Counted from the first letter of the stretch, positions 39,466-49,758 are shown. The stretch: DNA of 64,000 nucleotides from Myxococcota bacterium (GCA_963674735.2 CAXXQS010000002.1:1856001-1920000), one strand, 5' to 3'. A program made the numbers and translations. Notes: generated from the sequence alone by a model not told the origin.

Positions 39466-41238
39466 TTACTCCGGAAGGCGAAGGGTCGAGGGGGGCAGGG
39501 GCAGGTCCGACGGCGGCAGGAGGCGTTCGGGCGGCAGAACCGTCAAGCCCTGGGCCGTCATGCTGCGCCGGCCTTCGCCGTAAATCAGTCGTGCGCCGTA
39601 AAGCCGCAACAGGCGCGGCGCGGGTTTTTCTCGTTCCATCTCGATTTCATCGTCCTCGTCGCCGTCGGGCAGAACCAGCGGCGGCAGGGGCGGGAACTCG
39701 GCGTCGAGCTGTTGGGCCATCCACAGGCTCCCAGCCAGACGCGCGTTGGCGAAGCGGTTGGGTCCGGCGGGTGTCAAGGTCAGGACGCGTGCAGCCGGTC
39801 CGTTGGGGTGCCAGACGGCCAGCAGATCCGGATCGTGCGCCAACGATTCCGGTAACGCGGTGAAGGGCAGGGCGCTGCGGGCCGCTTCGGTCGGCGCGTC
39901 GGCCAGGCGGCGGAAGTGTTCCGCCCAGCGAAGGCATACCTCGGCGGCGGCAGCGGATATGGCGTCCGGGGTGCTCGTTGCGGTTTGGGGCCGCCAATGC
40001 GCCGCGCGTTGCGTGAGCAGGTCGGCGACGGCATTAAAGGTTTGCGGAGCCCATTCGACGTAGGTGTTTGTCAGGGCGGCCGGTTGCGTTGGAGGCGGGA
40101 CGGCCGGAGCGTCTGCGCGCGCCCACAAGCCGAGCCCGAGGCCGGGCGGCAGGGCGGTAAAGAAAAACGGCGACCAGGACGCGCGGCGCTGTTCGTCGGC
40201 GACAAAACTGGTCAAGGCGCAGCGCATTTCCATGAATTCGGGCGTATTTCCGGCTGCTTCCAGCATGAGCGGCCACGCCTCCATGTCGGCGGTCAACACG
40301 CGCCACAGCGGCAGAGAGGCGGTCTGGGGTTGGTTGAGGACCGGGGTGAGCAAGCGGCCTAAAGTCGCTTGCGGAATCGGTAAAAGAGCCAGGGGAAGTT
40401 GGATCACGCCGGGGGCGGTTTCGGTGGTGCGGGGTCGCCAGGCCGCTTGGATGGCGGTGGTCAAGACGTGAATCGTTTCGGGATTATTCAGGTCTTCGAG
40501 GCGCGCCAGCGGCCGTCCTTCGAGGGCTGCTTCGATCAAGTTCCAGGCCTCGGGGCGTTCCCCCCAACGGGCGTCGGCCAGCATCCATAAGCGCTCCCAG
40601 TTGCGGCGCAGCTCCGGTTCCGTGTGCAGCAGGTGCATCCATAAAAAGGCCGCGCGACGACCCGTTTCGGTCGCCAGATCGAGTGGGTAGACATCGGCGT
40701 AAAGACGGGCCAGGCTGTCGGGTCCGGCATCGGGGGCGAGCGGCGGCAGCGCTTGTTGCGGCATCGAACGTCCGAGGGATATGACGCGGTAGAAGGTGCT
40801 GATGCGCGATTGAACGGAGCGGTCGAAACTGAGCAGGAATTCGCGGTCGGATTTTTCGAAGCGCGACAACGTGGCCCATTCCAGCATCAATTCGGTGAGG
40901 GCTTGACGCACGACCGGATCGTCGAGCTTCCAGGTCTTGAAACGGGCGATCAACGCGTCGCGGGCTTGCCCGATCAGCGTTCGTTGCAGTCGGTCGTAGT
41001 CGGTTTCCAGGTCGCGTAAAGCGCGTTTTTCGGCGTTCTGCGCGGCGGCCAGCAAAACGTCCGTCGTGATCAGAAAAGCCGCCTCGCGGCTCGACTCATC
41101 GGCCGCTAATCCGCAGACGGCGGGTGCCGCACAGCGGGTGAGCGCGGTCGTTTGCGGGATTTCTCCCAGGCGTTCCCATCCCAGGCTTCCGAAAAGCGTC
41201 AGGATGAACAGGGCTATCAGGATCGGTCGGGTTTGCAT
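39466..41238 (-). CDS. hypothetical secreted helical protein (weak DUF3160-like resemblance)
   Basis: Signal-like MQTRPILIALFILTLFG; FLITTD and YVEW motifs; start is an estimate. Confidence 0.55.
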   Translation of the reverse strand: MQTRPILIALFILTLFGSLGWERLGEIPQTTALTRCAAPAVCGLAADESSREAAFLITTDVLLAAAQNAEKRALRDLETDYDRLQRTLIGQARDALIARFKTWKLDDPVVRQALTELMLEWATLSRFEKSDREFLLSFDRSVQSRISTFYRVISLGRSMPQQALPPLAPDAGPDSLARLYADVYPLDLATETGRRAAFLWMHLLHTEPELRRNWERLWMLADARWGERPEAWNLIEAALEGRPLARLEDLNNPETIHVLTTAIQAAWRPRTTETAPGVIQLPLALLPIPQATLGRLLTPVLNQPQTASLPLWRVLTADMEAWPLMLEAAGNTPEFMEMRCALTSFVADEQRRASWSPFFFTALPPGLGLGLWARADAPAVPPPTQPAALTNTYVEWAPQTFNAVADLLTQRAAHWRPQTATSTPDAISAAAAEVCLRWAEHFRRLADAPTEAARSALPFTALPESLAHDPDLLAVWHPNGPAARVLTLTPAGPNRFANARLAGSLWMAQQLDAEFPPLPPLVLPDGDEDDEIEMEREKPAPRLLRLYGARLIYGEGRRSMTAQGLTVLPPERLLPPSDLPLPPSTLRLPE

Positions 41239-41317
41239 ACTTGTCTCCGCCGTTAGACCTATGCCATAGCATACCACAGGCATCCGGCACAACCCGTAAC
41301 TCGATCGTGGAGCGGGA

Positions 41318-42346
41318 TTAATCGTCGGACGGCAGGGTGCGGACCACCCGGAAGCCTTTGGCGACGCAATCGTGGAACTCCCCCCCGTAACCCCGGTAGG
41401 CGGCGCGCAGGCTGGAGGCATCGCTGAACCAGCCTCCGCCCCGAACGACGTGGGATTCTCCGTCCGGATTGACGATCGGGTCGGTGGTGGACTCCATGGG
41501 GTAATAAGCCCAGGAATCCCATACCCATTCGCCCAGATTGCCCAGCATGTCGGAGAGCCCCCAGGCGTTCGGTTCCTTGTTGGCCGTGCCGTGCGGACCG
41601 GCGCAGGCGGGTCCGCCGTCTTCCGCCATGTCGCGGCAACCGCGATAGCTTACGACCGTGTTGGGACAATACCAGCCCAGCCGGTCGAGCACCGGATCGA
41701 GCGTGCAGCCCATTTCCGTTACATCTCCGAGGTAGGTGGCGGTGGACGTACCGGCGCGTGCCGCATATTCCCATTCGGCTTCGGTGGGCAGGCGATAGCC
41801 GGGACAGTCGCGCACGTCGTTGTAGTCGGATTTCAGCGTGCACACCGTTCCTTCTTTGCCTTCCCCTTCGCAATCGAAACAAAGCGGTAGATTGCGGTGT
41901 GAAGACAGGGCGTTGCAATATCTCAGTGCCTGATGCCAGGTCATGTAATTGGCCCCGCAATAGTCGCCGCAGCGGGCGAAGGCGGTGGGGTTGTCGCCCA
42001 GCAGGTAATCGAAGGCGCCGCTGAGCGTTTCGGTGGTCTGGATTTCGAAACGCCGGGTCAGGGTAACTTCGTGTTCAGCTTCATCGTCAAAGCGGCCCAC
42101 CTCCGTCAACGGGCTGCCCATGGTGAAGGTGCCCGGTTCGAGGGTGACGAATTCGCCCAGCAGGTATTCTTCGGGGTCGACCTTTTCCATATCCCCCGGT
42201 GTCTGGCCCGGAATGGATAAATCGCCGTCCGGTTGCGAGGCGGATTCATCGCCGTCGGGGGCGGGGGTGTCGTCGGTTGAGGAACAGGACGTTGTTGCAC
42301 ACGTGAGAAAAACGATGACAAGAAGAATCGGCAAAAAGGTCTTCAC
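41318..42346 (-). CDS. FGE-sulfatase (SUMF1)-domain lipoprotein
   Basis: FTMGS, RLPTEAEWEYAARAG, PNAWGLSDMLGNLGEW, RGGGW, GFRVVR; GTG start after AAGGAG. Confidence 0.9.
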   Translation of the reverse strand: MKTFLPILLVIVFLTCATTSCSSTDDTPAPDGDESASQPDGDLSIPGQTPGDMEKVDPEEYLLGEFVTLEPGTFTMGSPLTEVGRFDDEAEHEVTLTRRFEIQTTETLSGAFDYLLGDNPTAFARCGDYCGANYMTWHQALRYCNALSSHRNLPLCFDCEGEGKEGTVCTLKSDYNDVRDCPGYRLPTEAEWEYAARAGTSTATYLGDVTEMGCTLDPVLDRLGWYCPNTVVSYRGCRDMAEDGGPACAGPHGTANKEPNAWGLSDMLGNLGEWVWDSWAYYPMESTTDPIVNPDGESHVVRGGGWFSDASSLRAAYRGYGGEFHDCVAKGFRVVRTLPSDD

Positions 42347-42659
42347 GGGAACTCCTTTTTTGTCCTGACGACGATGTAAGGCGGTTTTCCACGATTGTTT
42401 TCTATTAATCGGATCATAACGATTGAGCGCAAGAAAGGCAAATAAAGAATGGAAAGAAAGCCATTCTTCCAAAACCGAATGGGTGACAAAATTGTCATAC
42501 TGCGACAGACAAAGCTGACCGCATAAATGCGTAAGTCGGAACAAGCTCATAAAAACAGGATGATTTTGCTTTTTTTAGGTTGGCCCGAATATTGCTGTAT
42601 CAATCTGACCAGAAAGCAGCTAAACCTGACAGAAAAGTCTAAACAACAAGGAGACGACG

Positions 42660-45600
42660 ATGAGACAGCTTACCCTTATCGCAATTTTGATCGGCCTCGT
42701 GCTGATTGTCTGGTCTTGTGCGGGATCGGATTACGACAACGAACCGGGGCCGACCGATGGCGATGCCCCCGATGGCGACGACCCCGACGGCGACGACCCC
42801 GACGAATTCACCTCGGCGGGAACCGGTGGAATTTACAATGACGCCGACGGCGACATGGCCGATGGCGATGACATGTCCGCCGACGGCGACGCGCCGGAAG
42901 ACGACGGCGAAGCCGAGCGCGAGTTGATCGAAGCGGATGTGTACAAGGTCGAAGGCGATCTGATTTACGCCCTGAATCGCTATCGCGGTCTGGTCATCAT
43001 CGATTTCGCCGATCCCGCCAACCTGCGTATTTTGTCGCGCCTGCCGCTCGACGGTCTGCCCTACGAAATGTTCGTGCATAATGGCGTGGCCTTCGTGGAA
43101 GTGACCGGCATGTTCAATCCCGATGGCGGCTGCTATTACAGCGAGGCCAGCGCGGTGATCAGCATCGACGTCTCCGATGCACAAAATCCTGTGATTCTCG
43201 AAACTTACAGAATGGAAGGCCGGATTTACGATAGTCGCCAGGTGGGCGATGTGGTCTATGTGGCGAGTTATACCGAAGCCTGGCAGACCGGAACCAACAG
43301 CAAATTCGACATCATTTCCATCAATATCGCCGATCCCGACAACCTCTATCTGGCCGATAGCTACGAAATCGATGCGGCGGGCTACACCCTGCACGTCACC
43401 GCGTCGGCCATCTATGTGGCGGAAACCCCCGAATATTATGATGAGGTTGAAGGCAACGCCTCGACCGTCCATTACCTCGATATCTCCGACCCGGCAGGCG
43501 CCATCGAGCCGCGTGGGACGTTCAAGGCCAAAGGCTATGTGATCGACCGCTTCAAGCTGCACCAGGACGGCGACGTGCTGGCGGTGGTGAGTGTCTCCGA
43601 CCGCTGGTCGGGCGATGTCTACTTCGAAACCTTCACGGTCGCCGATCCCGACAACATCGCCAGGCTGGGCGAGGTGCAGGTGATGCAGAACGAGCAATTG
43701 CACGCCAGCCGCTTCTCGGGTACGCGCGCCTATATCGTGACTTACGAGCAGACCGATCCGTTGTTCGTCGTGGATTACGCCGATGCCGCCAATCCGCAGG
43801 TGCTGGGCGAACTGATCATTCCCGGCTGGTCCACCCACCTGGAGATTCGCGGCGACAAAATTTTAAGCGTCGGCATCGACGACCAGAATGGCTGGGCTCC
43901 GAAAGTGGCCCTGTTCGATGTGGTCGACCCGGTCAACCCGGTCGAGCTGGATTCCATCACGCTGGGCGGAAGCTACGGCTGGTCGGAAGCGACCACGGAT
44001 TGGAAAGCCTTCAAAATCTACGATGATCTGGGCTTGATCCTGCTGCCGTCGAGCGGTTACGACGAAGAGTGGCGTTCCGTCACCCATCGTCTGCACCTGA
44101 TCGATTTCAGCCTGAGCGACCTGGCCGAGCGGGGCACCGTCACCAGCCGCTCCTACATTCTGCGCGGCTTCAAGGCGGGCGACTACATCGCCTCGTTGTC
44201 GGAAACCACCCTGCAAATCATCGACATCGCCGACCGCGACGATCCGCAGGTGCTCAGCGAGAGCTTCCTGGCCGGTTACACCAACCGCCTGCAGATTTGC
44301 AACGGCCTGCCCTGCAGCACGGGTGCCTCCAACGGCGATTGGTATGGCTCCAACGCCTCGCTCAATCTTTACGATCTGCAAACGCCGGGCGATATCCCGT
44401 ATTGGTCGAGCGAGCCGCTTTTCGGCACCAGCTTCGATTATTGGACGGATGAGTCCATGATTCGCGAACAGGGCGATCTGATCCATCTGATTACCCGCGA
44501 TCGCAACTACGGTTATGGCTGGGAAATGGATGCCATGGCCGCCGAATCCAAACCGGCGGGCGCGATTCACACCTTCGATCTCTCCGACCCGCAAAGCCCG
44601 GTCAAGCTGGGCAGCGCCGATATCCCCGCCCCCGACAGCGAGGATGACGGGTATTGGTACGGGGAAGCGTTCTATGGGAAACTCACCGACCAGAAACTGC
44701 TGCCGGTGGCGTATTCGATCTGGAACGCGGAAACCTATACCCAGGATATCGAGTTGAAACTGCTGGATCTGACGCAGGCTCCCGAAGCGCCGGTGGCGAA
44801 AACCCTGCTCGGCTTCACGCCGATGCTGGGCACGGGCCAGCCGGTGGTGCAGGGCGACAGCATCTGGATGCCCACCTGCGAGATTCTCGACGACAATCCG
44901 GAGCGTCCGCTGCTCAAGTGCTACGCGCAGGAAGTCGATGCGGCCGATCCCGCAGACATCACGCTGGGTGCGCGCATCAACGTGCCCGGTCATCTGATCG
45001 CCATCGAGGACGACGGCACGCGCTTTATCACGGTCGATCGCCAGTTCGGCGAAACCGACAGCTCGCGCTATCTGTCTTGCAAGGTCAGCCTCGAAATTCT
45101 GGAGCGCGACGGCGACCGCGTGCATCGCCTGACCTCCATCTCGCTCTACACCGACGACTACTGCTACTATCTGCCGGATGATGAACCCGACGGCGACAGG
45201 CCGGAGGAGTGGGAGCCGACCGACGGCGATATGCCGGTCGATGGCGATGTGGTGGCGGATGGGGACAGCAGCGGCGGCGGCGATGATTCCACATCGGATG
45301 ACGGCGAAGCAGCCAAGCTTGCCGCGCGCTCCCTCAACAAAACGGGCGACGACGAGACCGAGTGGAACTTCAGCGGCTACCATGTGATGGGCGACCACGT
45401 GTTCCTCTTCTTCCGGGATCGGGGCGAAGGCGTTGATATGGTGGACGGCGACAGCATCGATAGCGATTCCAACTGCGAGTCGGGTTACATTCCGCAGTTC
45501 AATACCAAGCTGTTGATGTACAAGATCGGAAGCGGCGAAGCGGATGGCGAGTTTACCTTCGAAAACATCGCCGGTTTCACCCCGGTGCAAGGCGGCGGTT

Positions 45601-45830
45601 TGCTGCTCGACAGCGCCGATTACGGCTACTGGGGCGGCTACGGCGACAGCAACGACGGCTTCCGCATGCTGTTCATCGAGCCTTCCGGCGACCAGCATGA
45701 AATCGCGTTGCCGCTGGACGACCTCATGACCTCGCTCTACTGGAGTTACAGCAACCTGGGCGCGGCGCGCATCGGCGATTCGCTTTACATTCCCATGGGT
45801 TGGGACGGCATCTTTAAGGCCGATCTGTAA
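42660..45830 (+). CDS. large beta-propeller-domain lipoprotein with DGD-rich linkers
   Basis: Lipobox VWSC; EADVYK, NEQLHASRF, TYEQTDPLFVVD, GELIIPGWSTHL. Confidence 0.85.
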   Translation: MRQLTLIAILIGLVLIVWSCAGSDYDNEPGPTDGDAPDGDDPDGDDPDEFTSAGTGGIYNDADGDMADGDDMSADGDAPEDDGEAERELIEADVYKVEGDLIYALNRYRGLVIIDFADPANLRILSRLPLDGLPYEMFVHNGVAFVEVTGMFNPDGGCYYSEASAVISIDVSDAQNPVILETYRMEGRIYDSRQVGDVVYVASYTEAWQTGTNSKFDIISINIADPDNLYLADSYEIDAAGYTLHVTASAIYVAETPEYYDEVEGNASTVHYLDISDPAGAIEPRGTFKAKGYVIDRFKLHQDGDVLAVVSVSDRWSGDVYFETFTVADPDNIARLGEVQVMQNEQLHASRFSGTRAYIVTYEQTDPLFVVDYADAANPQVLGELIIPGWSTHLEIRGDKILSVGIDDQNGWAPKVALFDVVDPVNPVELDSITLGGSYGWSEATTDWKAFKIYDDLGLILLPSSGYDEEWRSVTHRLHLIDFSLSDLAERGTVTSRSYILRGFKAGDYIASLSETTLQIIDIADRDDPQVLSESFLAGYTNRLQICNGLPCSTGASNGDWYGSNASLNLYDLQTPGDIPYWSSEPLFGTSFDYWTDESMIREQGDLIHLITRDRNYGYGWEMDAMAAESKPAGAIHTFDLSDPQSPVKLGSADIPAPDSEDDGYWYGEAFYGKLTDQKLLPVAYSIWNAETYTQDIELKLLDLTQAPEAPVAKTLLGFTPMLGTGQPVVQGDSIWMPTCEILDDNPERPLLKCYAQEVDAADPADITLGARINVPGHLIAIEDDGTRFITVDRQFGETDSSRYLSCKVSLEILERDGDRVHRLTSISLYTDDYCYYLPDDEPDGDRPEEWEPTDGDMPVDGDVVADGDSSGGGDDSTSDDGEAAKLAARSLNKTGDDETEWNFSGYHVMGDHVFLFFRDRGEGVDMVDGDSIDSDSNCESGYIPQFNTKLLMYKIGSGEADGEFTFENIAGFTPVQGGGLLLDSADYGYWGGYGDSNDGFRMLFIEPSGDQHEIALPLDDLMTSLYWSYSNLGAARIGDSLYIPMGWDGIFKADL

Positions 45831-45857
45831 GCGTTTCCACTGTTTTTCCGCCACTTG

Positions 45858-45885
45858 ATCGGACGCCTGCGGGCGTCCGATTTTT
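45858..45885 (+). terminator. intrinsic terminator
   Basis: ATCGGACGCC-tgcg-GGCGTCCGAT followed by TTTT. Confidence 0.75.
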
Positions 45886-45965
45886 CGTTTATGGCAGTGG
45901 ATGCCGTATCGGCGCGCGTTTTTAACGGGCTGCGCCGTTTGCTGAGCTTCGCGTATGTTCCTTGT

Positions 45966-47027
45966 TTACACGAATTGCATGATGCGCGCCTTGCGGGCTT
46001 GGTGCAGCTTGGTGTTGACCATCTTCATGGCGACGTCCTGGGCGGGCAGGCCGAGGGCGGCCGACTGCTTGAGGATGCGCATGGTGGTGTCGTAGACGCC
46101 GTTGGCCAGAATGGTGGCGTGCGAGGCCGGGTAGCTGTTGAGTTCGCAGGCGTGGGCGTACAGGCCGCCGACGTTGATGGCGAAATCCGGGCAATAGTCG
46201 ATGCCGCGTTCGTGCAGCATGCGGGCATGCCGGTTGGGGCGCACGAGCTGGTTGTTGGCCGCTCCGGCCACCACCTTGCATTTGAGGCGCGGGATGCTCT
46301 GGTCGTCGAGCAGCAGCCCCATGGAGCAGGGCGACAGAATGTCGCAGGCGACGTCGGTAATCTGGCGCGGGCGCACCACCTCGACGTTGAATTCCTCGCG
46401 CGCCACCTCCAGGTTGGCCGGGGTGATGTCGGCCACGATCAGTTTCACACCGGCATGATGCAGCATTTCGCAGAGGTAATAGCCCACGTGGCCCACGCCC
46501 ATGATGGCGATGGTCAGCCCGTCCAGGCTGTCGGTGTTCCATTGATGGTGGACGGCCGCCTCCAGGCCGCGAAAAACCCCCAGCGCCGTGAAATAGGCCG
46601 GATCTCCCGGACCTTCCTGCGAACTGCCGCAGGCGAAGGGCGTGGTCTCCTTCAGGGCGTCCATGTAGGCGCGTCGGCAGCCGATGTCTTCCATGGCGAT
46701 GACTTGCCCCTCGAATCCCTCGATGAGTTCGCCGAAACGGCGGAAGGCGTCCAGGGCCGATTGGCGTCCGTTTCGCACCCTGATGGTGGCGCAGGCGCCC
46801 CCGAAGGGAATGTTGGCCAGGGCGCAGCGGCGCGTGGTTTGGGGAGCGCTGCGAGTGGCGTCTTGTAGCGCGCTTTGTTCGTCGGGGTATGGATAGTAGC
46901 GGGTGGCGCACAGCGCGGGCCCCAAAAGCGTGCTGTGGACGGCCAGCACGGCGCTGAAGCCCGAGGCTTCGTCGGTGGCGACCAGCAGCTCTTCCATTTC
47001 CGAGTGTAAGGGACGGCGGATATTCAC
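45966..47027 (-). CDS. Glu/Leu/Phe/Val dehydrogenase-like protein lacking the catalytic lysines
   Basis: AVHSTLLGPA, GVGHVG, PCSMG, VAGAANNQL, PDFAINVGG; MTYK and GGGK motifs replaced. Confidence 0.85.
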   Translation of the reverse strand: MNIRRPLHSEMEELLVATDEASGFSAVLAVHSTLLGPALCATRYYPYPDEQSALQDATRSAPQTTRRCALANIPFGGACATIRVRNGRQSALDAFRRFGELIEGFEGQVIAMEDIGCRRAYMDALKETTPFACGSSQEGPGDPAYFTALGVFRGLEAAVHHQWNTDSLDGLTIAIMGVGHVGYYLCEMLHHAGVKLIVADITPANLEVAREEFNVEVVRPRQITDVACDILSPCSMGLLLDDQSIPRLKCKVVAGAANNQLVRPNRHARMLHERGIDYCPDFAINVGGLYAHACELNSYPASHATILANGVYDTTMRILKQSAALGLPAQDVAMKMVNTKLHQARKARIMQFV

Positions 47028-47101
47028 GGTAAACCTTCCTTCTCTTTCGCTTTCGATCAGTCTACCCTATTCGGCTCACGGGTGCAAAAGGTGAAAAAAG
47101 C

Positions 47102-47129
47102 TTGCGTCCGGGGTGGCGATGAGTATACT
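47102..47129 (+). promoter_or_regulatory. sigma70 promoter for the small basic ORF
   Basis: TTGCGT-16-TATACT. Confidence 0.5.
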
Positions 47130-47184
47130 GTCTGCCGCGCCGCTACTATGGCCGCAATGTGAATGAGCTTTAAAAGGAGTCGAC

Positions 47185-47304
47185 ATGGGACGCAACGACA
47201 ACCGCAAGTCTATGAAAATGCGCCGGATCTCGGCCGATAAGAAAAAAAGTGCGCGTCTTAAGCGTCACGCCGAAGCCAAACGGGCCGAACGTAAACGCGG
47301 CTGA
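47185..47304 (+). CDS. 39-aa very basic small protein (not in the ORF track)
   Basis: AAGGAG RBS; MGRNDNRKSMKMRRISADKKKSARLKRHAEAKRAERKRG*. Confidence 0.75.
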   Translation: MGRNDNRKSMKMRRISADKKKSARLKRHAEAKRAERKRG

Positions 47305-47353
47305 ATGCGTTTGATTTCCCCGCACCGCTTTCCTTTCCCGCCGAGTCGCACCC

Positions 47354-47629
47354 ATGGGTAGTTACGACTGGATTTTTGTGGGTATGGGGGTGCTCGGAGC
47401 GGTTCTTACCTCTGCCAGCTGGATACCCCAGATCATCAAGGCGGTTCAGAGTCGTCAACTCCGGGATTTATCCTGGGCGATGTTGGGTATCTTCGACCTG
47501 GGCAGCTTTTGCTGGCTGATCTACGGCATCCACCGCACCGATTGGATTATCATCGGCGCAAACGCCTTTATTCTCACCAATGTCACCAGCCTGATTCTCA
47601 TGAAAGCCTTCTTCCGTCCGCGTCGCTGA
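47354..47629 (+). CDS. SemiSWEET (PQ-loop) sugar transporter
   Basis: LTSASWIPQIIK..DLSWAM..WLIYGI..IIGAN; three TMs. Confidence 0.88.
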   Translation: MGSYDWIFVGMGVLGAVLTSASWIPQIIKAVQSRQLRDLSWAMLGIFDLGSFCWLIYGIHRTDWIIIGANAFILTNVTSLILMKAFFRPRR

Positions 47630-47811
47630 ATCGGACATTCCGCTCGTCTCCCCGACATTTCTGTCGCAGTTCTGCCGCTTTCGTCTTGGTGTCTTTCTGA
47701 AACAAGGCGATATTCCGTGCTTTATGCTTTGGCATGGTTCTTTCATTAAAATTCTGGCACACTATATCGATACGGCAACGCAACCTTTAGCGGGATAAGG
47801 AGAAATCAATC

Positions 47812-48666
47812 ATGTCGACGAAAATCCGTTCGTTATCCAAATTTTCCGTCGCGACCGTTCTGGCCGTCGTCGTCGCTGGGTTTCATACCGTCGCCTGGGC
47901 CGAGCCGCTTAGCTGTTCGGATGCATTCGGCGAATGTACCCTCGACGCATCTTCGGTGAGCTGCGAATGTGTCAGCGGCGAAGGCATGGACGGCGATGGC
48001 GAAGGCATGGAAGTGAGCGAAGCGAAATGCCAGGAGTGGTTGGAGCAGTTTTGCGGCGGTGCGGCGCGTTGCGCAACCGACAAGGGCGAGTGCCGCGTCT
48101 ATGGCGACGACTACTACGGCTGCACCTGCGCCGACGGCGAGGATATCGATGGATCGTTGGACGAGCCGAGCGAGGGCGACGCCACCTGTTCCGCGCTATT
48201 GGCCGAGCTTTGCCCCGACGACCCGCCCGACCCGGCGGAAGTCTGTCCTTCCGATTCGCTCTCGCTGTGCGAAGATCTGGCCGACAAACTCAACGCATGC
48301 CAGGGCGTGTCGCAACTGGCTTACGTGATCATCGATTGCTGCGAGGATTACAGCGGCGACAGCGAGGCTATTGCGGCGACCGAAGCCTGCCTGGCGGAAA
48401 GCGACTGCGATGCGTTTCTCGCCTGCTGGGATGATGTGCCTTTCGACGATCGAAATCCGGCGACCGGGGACGGCGACGATCTGGCGGATGGCGACGACGG
48501 AAGCGACGATGACGGTGATGGAAGCGCGGCGGAGGAAGATGCGGATAACACCGAGGCGGATGACGAAGGCGATGGCTGTCGGCAAAGCTCGTCCGTCGGT
48601 GCCTGGTTTGTCATGCTGTTGTTTGTGGCGGTGATGGTTCGCCGACGCCGCTTATTGAATCGATAA
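47812..48666 (+). CDS. Cys-rich surface protein with MYXO-CTERM signal
   Basis: Signal peptide AWA; Cys modules; DGD linker; DGCRQSSSVGAWFVMLLFVAVMVRRRR. Confidence 0.85.
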   Translation: MSTKIRSLSKFSVATVLAVVVAGFHTVAWAEPLSCSDAFGECTLDASSVSCECVSGEGMDGDGEGMEVSEAKCQEWLEQFCGGAARCATDKGECRVYGDDYYGCTCADGEDIDGSLDEPSEGDATCSALLAELCPDDPPDPAEVCPSDSLSLCEDLADKLNACQGVSQLAYVIIDCCEDYSGDSEAIAATEACLAESDCDAFLACWDDVPFDDRNPATGDGDDLADGDDGSDDDGDGSAAEEDADNTEADDEGDGCRQSSSVGAWFVMLLFVAVMVRRRRLLNR

Positions 48667-48696
48667 CCGGTTTTCATTTTCAGGGGAGGTTGTATC

Positions 48697-49611
48697 ATGT
48701 CCCGCTTTTTAATCGTTCCGTTGCTTGTTTGGGGAATCGTGCTTGCCTATGCACCTTCGGCTTCGGCCGTGACCTGCGAAAGCGATATCGGTTCCTGTGA
48801 AATGGGTAGCGTCGAATATCCCTATTGTCATTGCGCCGAGCATTGCCGCTCTACGACTCCCTGGGTGATGCTCGACGATCCGGCGCAGGAAACCGAGGAG
48901 TGGTGCCTGGAACAAATGGAAGAAATCTGCGCGGAGGAGCCCGCCGCCCAGAAAGAGCCGCTCGAATCCTGCTCCAATGAAAAGGGCTATTGCATGCTGC
49001 AGCAGCATAATAGCGGCATTTTCGAAGATTGTGTTTGCGCCGACGGCATCGGAGTCAGCGCCGGTTTGACGCCCGATGGCGACGACGGCGCCGACGGCGA
49101 CGCTCCCGAGGTCGATTGGGAAGAACTCAACTGGAACTGCGAGCAGAAACTGGCGGCCCAGTGTCCGATGGACCCGGCCGACCCCAGCGAGACATGCAGC
49201 GCCGCCGCCCTGCCGGTGTGTGAACGCATCGAGGAGCTGCGCGGCGCGTGCGACCACCATCCTGTGTTGGCCTTTCACCTGATCGATTGCTGCGAGGAGT
49301 TCGAGGAAAATCCGACCGCCGCCCTGGCTCATCGGGACTGTCTCGAAGCGTCGGAATGCATCGATTATGCCTGTTGCTCTATCAATGTTCCCATGGGAGC
49401 GCCTGCGTCGGGCAACTCCGACGCCATCGCAACGGGCGATTCGGGTAATCCCAGCGACGGCGACGAGTCCAACGATAACGCGGCTGCCGAGGAAATCGGC
49501 GATGACGGATCGGACGGCTGTCGCCAGACGCATTCGGCCATGCCGTGGCTGCTCGTTTGGCTGTTGGCGGCTTTGACCCTGCGGCGACCTGCGGTGTGTC
49601 GCAACAACTGA
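48697..49611 (+). CDS. paralogous Cys-rich surface protein with MYXO-CTERM signal
   Basis: Signal peptide ASA; same module order (IDCCE); DGCRQTHSAMPWLLVWLLAALTLRR. Confidence 0.85.
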   Translation: MSRFLIVPLLVWGIVLAYAPSASAVTCESDIGSCEMGSVEYPYCHCAEHCRSTTPWVMLDDPAQETEEWCLEQMEEICAEEPAAQKEPLESCSNEKGYCMLQQHNSGIFEDCVCADGIGVSAGLTPDGDDGADGDAPEVDWEELNWNCEQKLAAQCPMDPADPSETCSAAALPVCERIEELRGACDHHPVLAFHLIDCCEEFEENPTAALAHRDCLEASECIDYACCSINVPMGAPASGNSDAIATGDSGNPSDGDESNDNAAAEEIGDDGSDGCRQTHSAMPWLLVWLLAALTLRRPAVCRNN

Positions 49612-49635
49612 CGTCGCGTCATGCTCGAATAAAGT

Positions 49636-49674
49636 AAAAACGGCCCGTCGCATAATCGGCGGGCCGTTTGTTTT
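49636..49674. terminator. bidirectional intrinsic terminator
   Basis: AAAAACGGCCCGTCG-cataat-CGGCGGGCCGTTTGTTTT. Confidence 0.75.
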
Positions 49675-49758
49675 GTTGCGTGTCGGCCGGAGATTCGTCC
49701 AAACCCCGAATTCAAGACAAACATCAAGAGCAGGACAGGAGCCCTGCTCTAACAAAGG

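Noticed and set aside
42639-45854. 399-aa and 663-aa minus-strand ORFs
   Set aside because: Antisense to the beta-propeller lipoprotein; no recognisable motifs.
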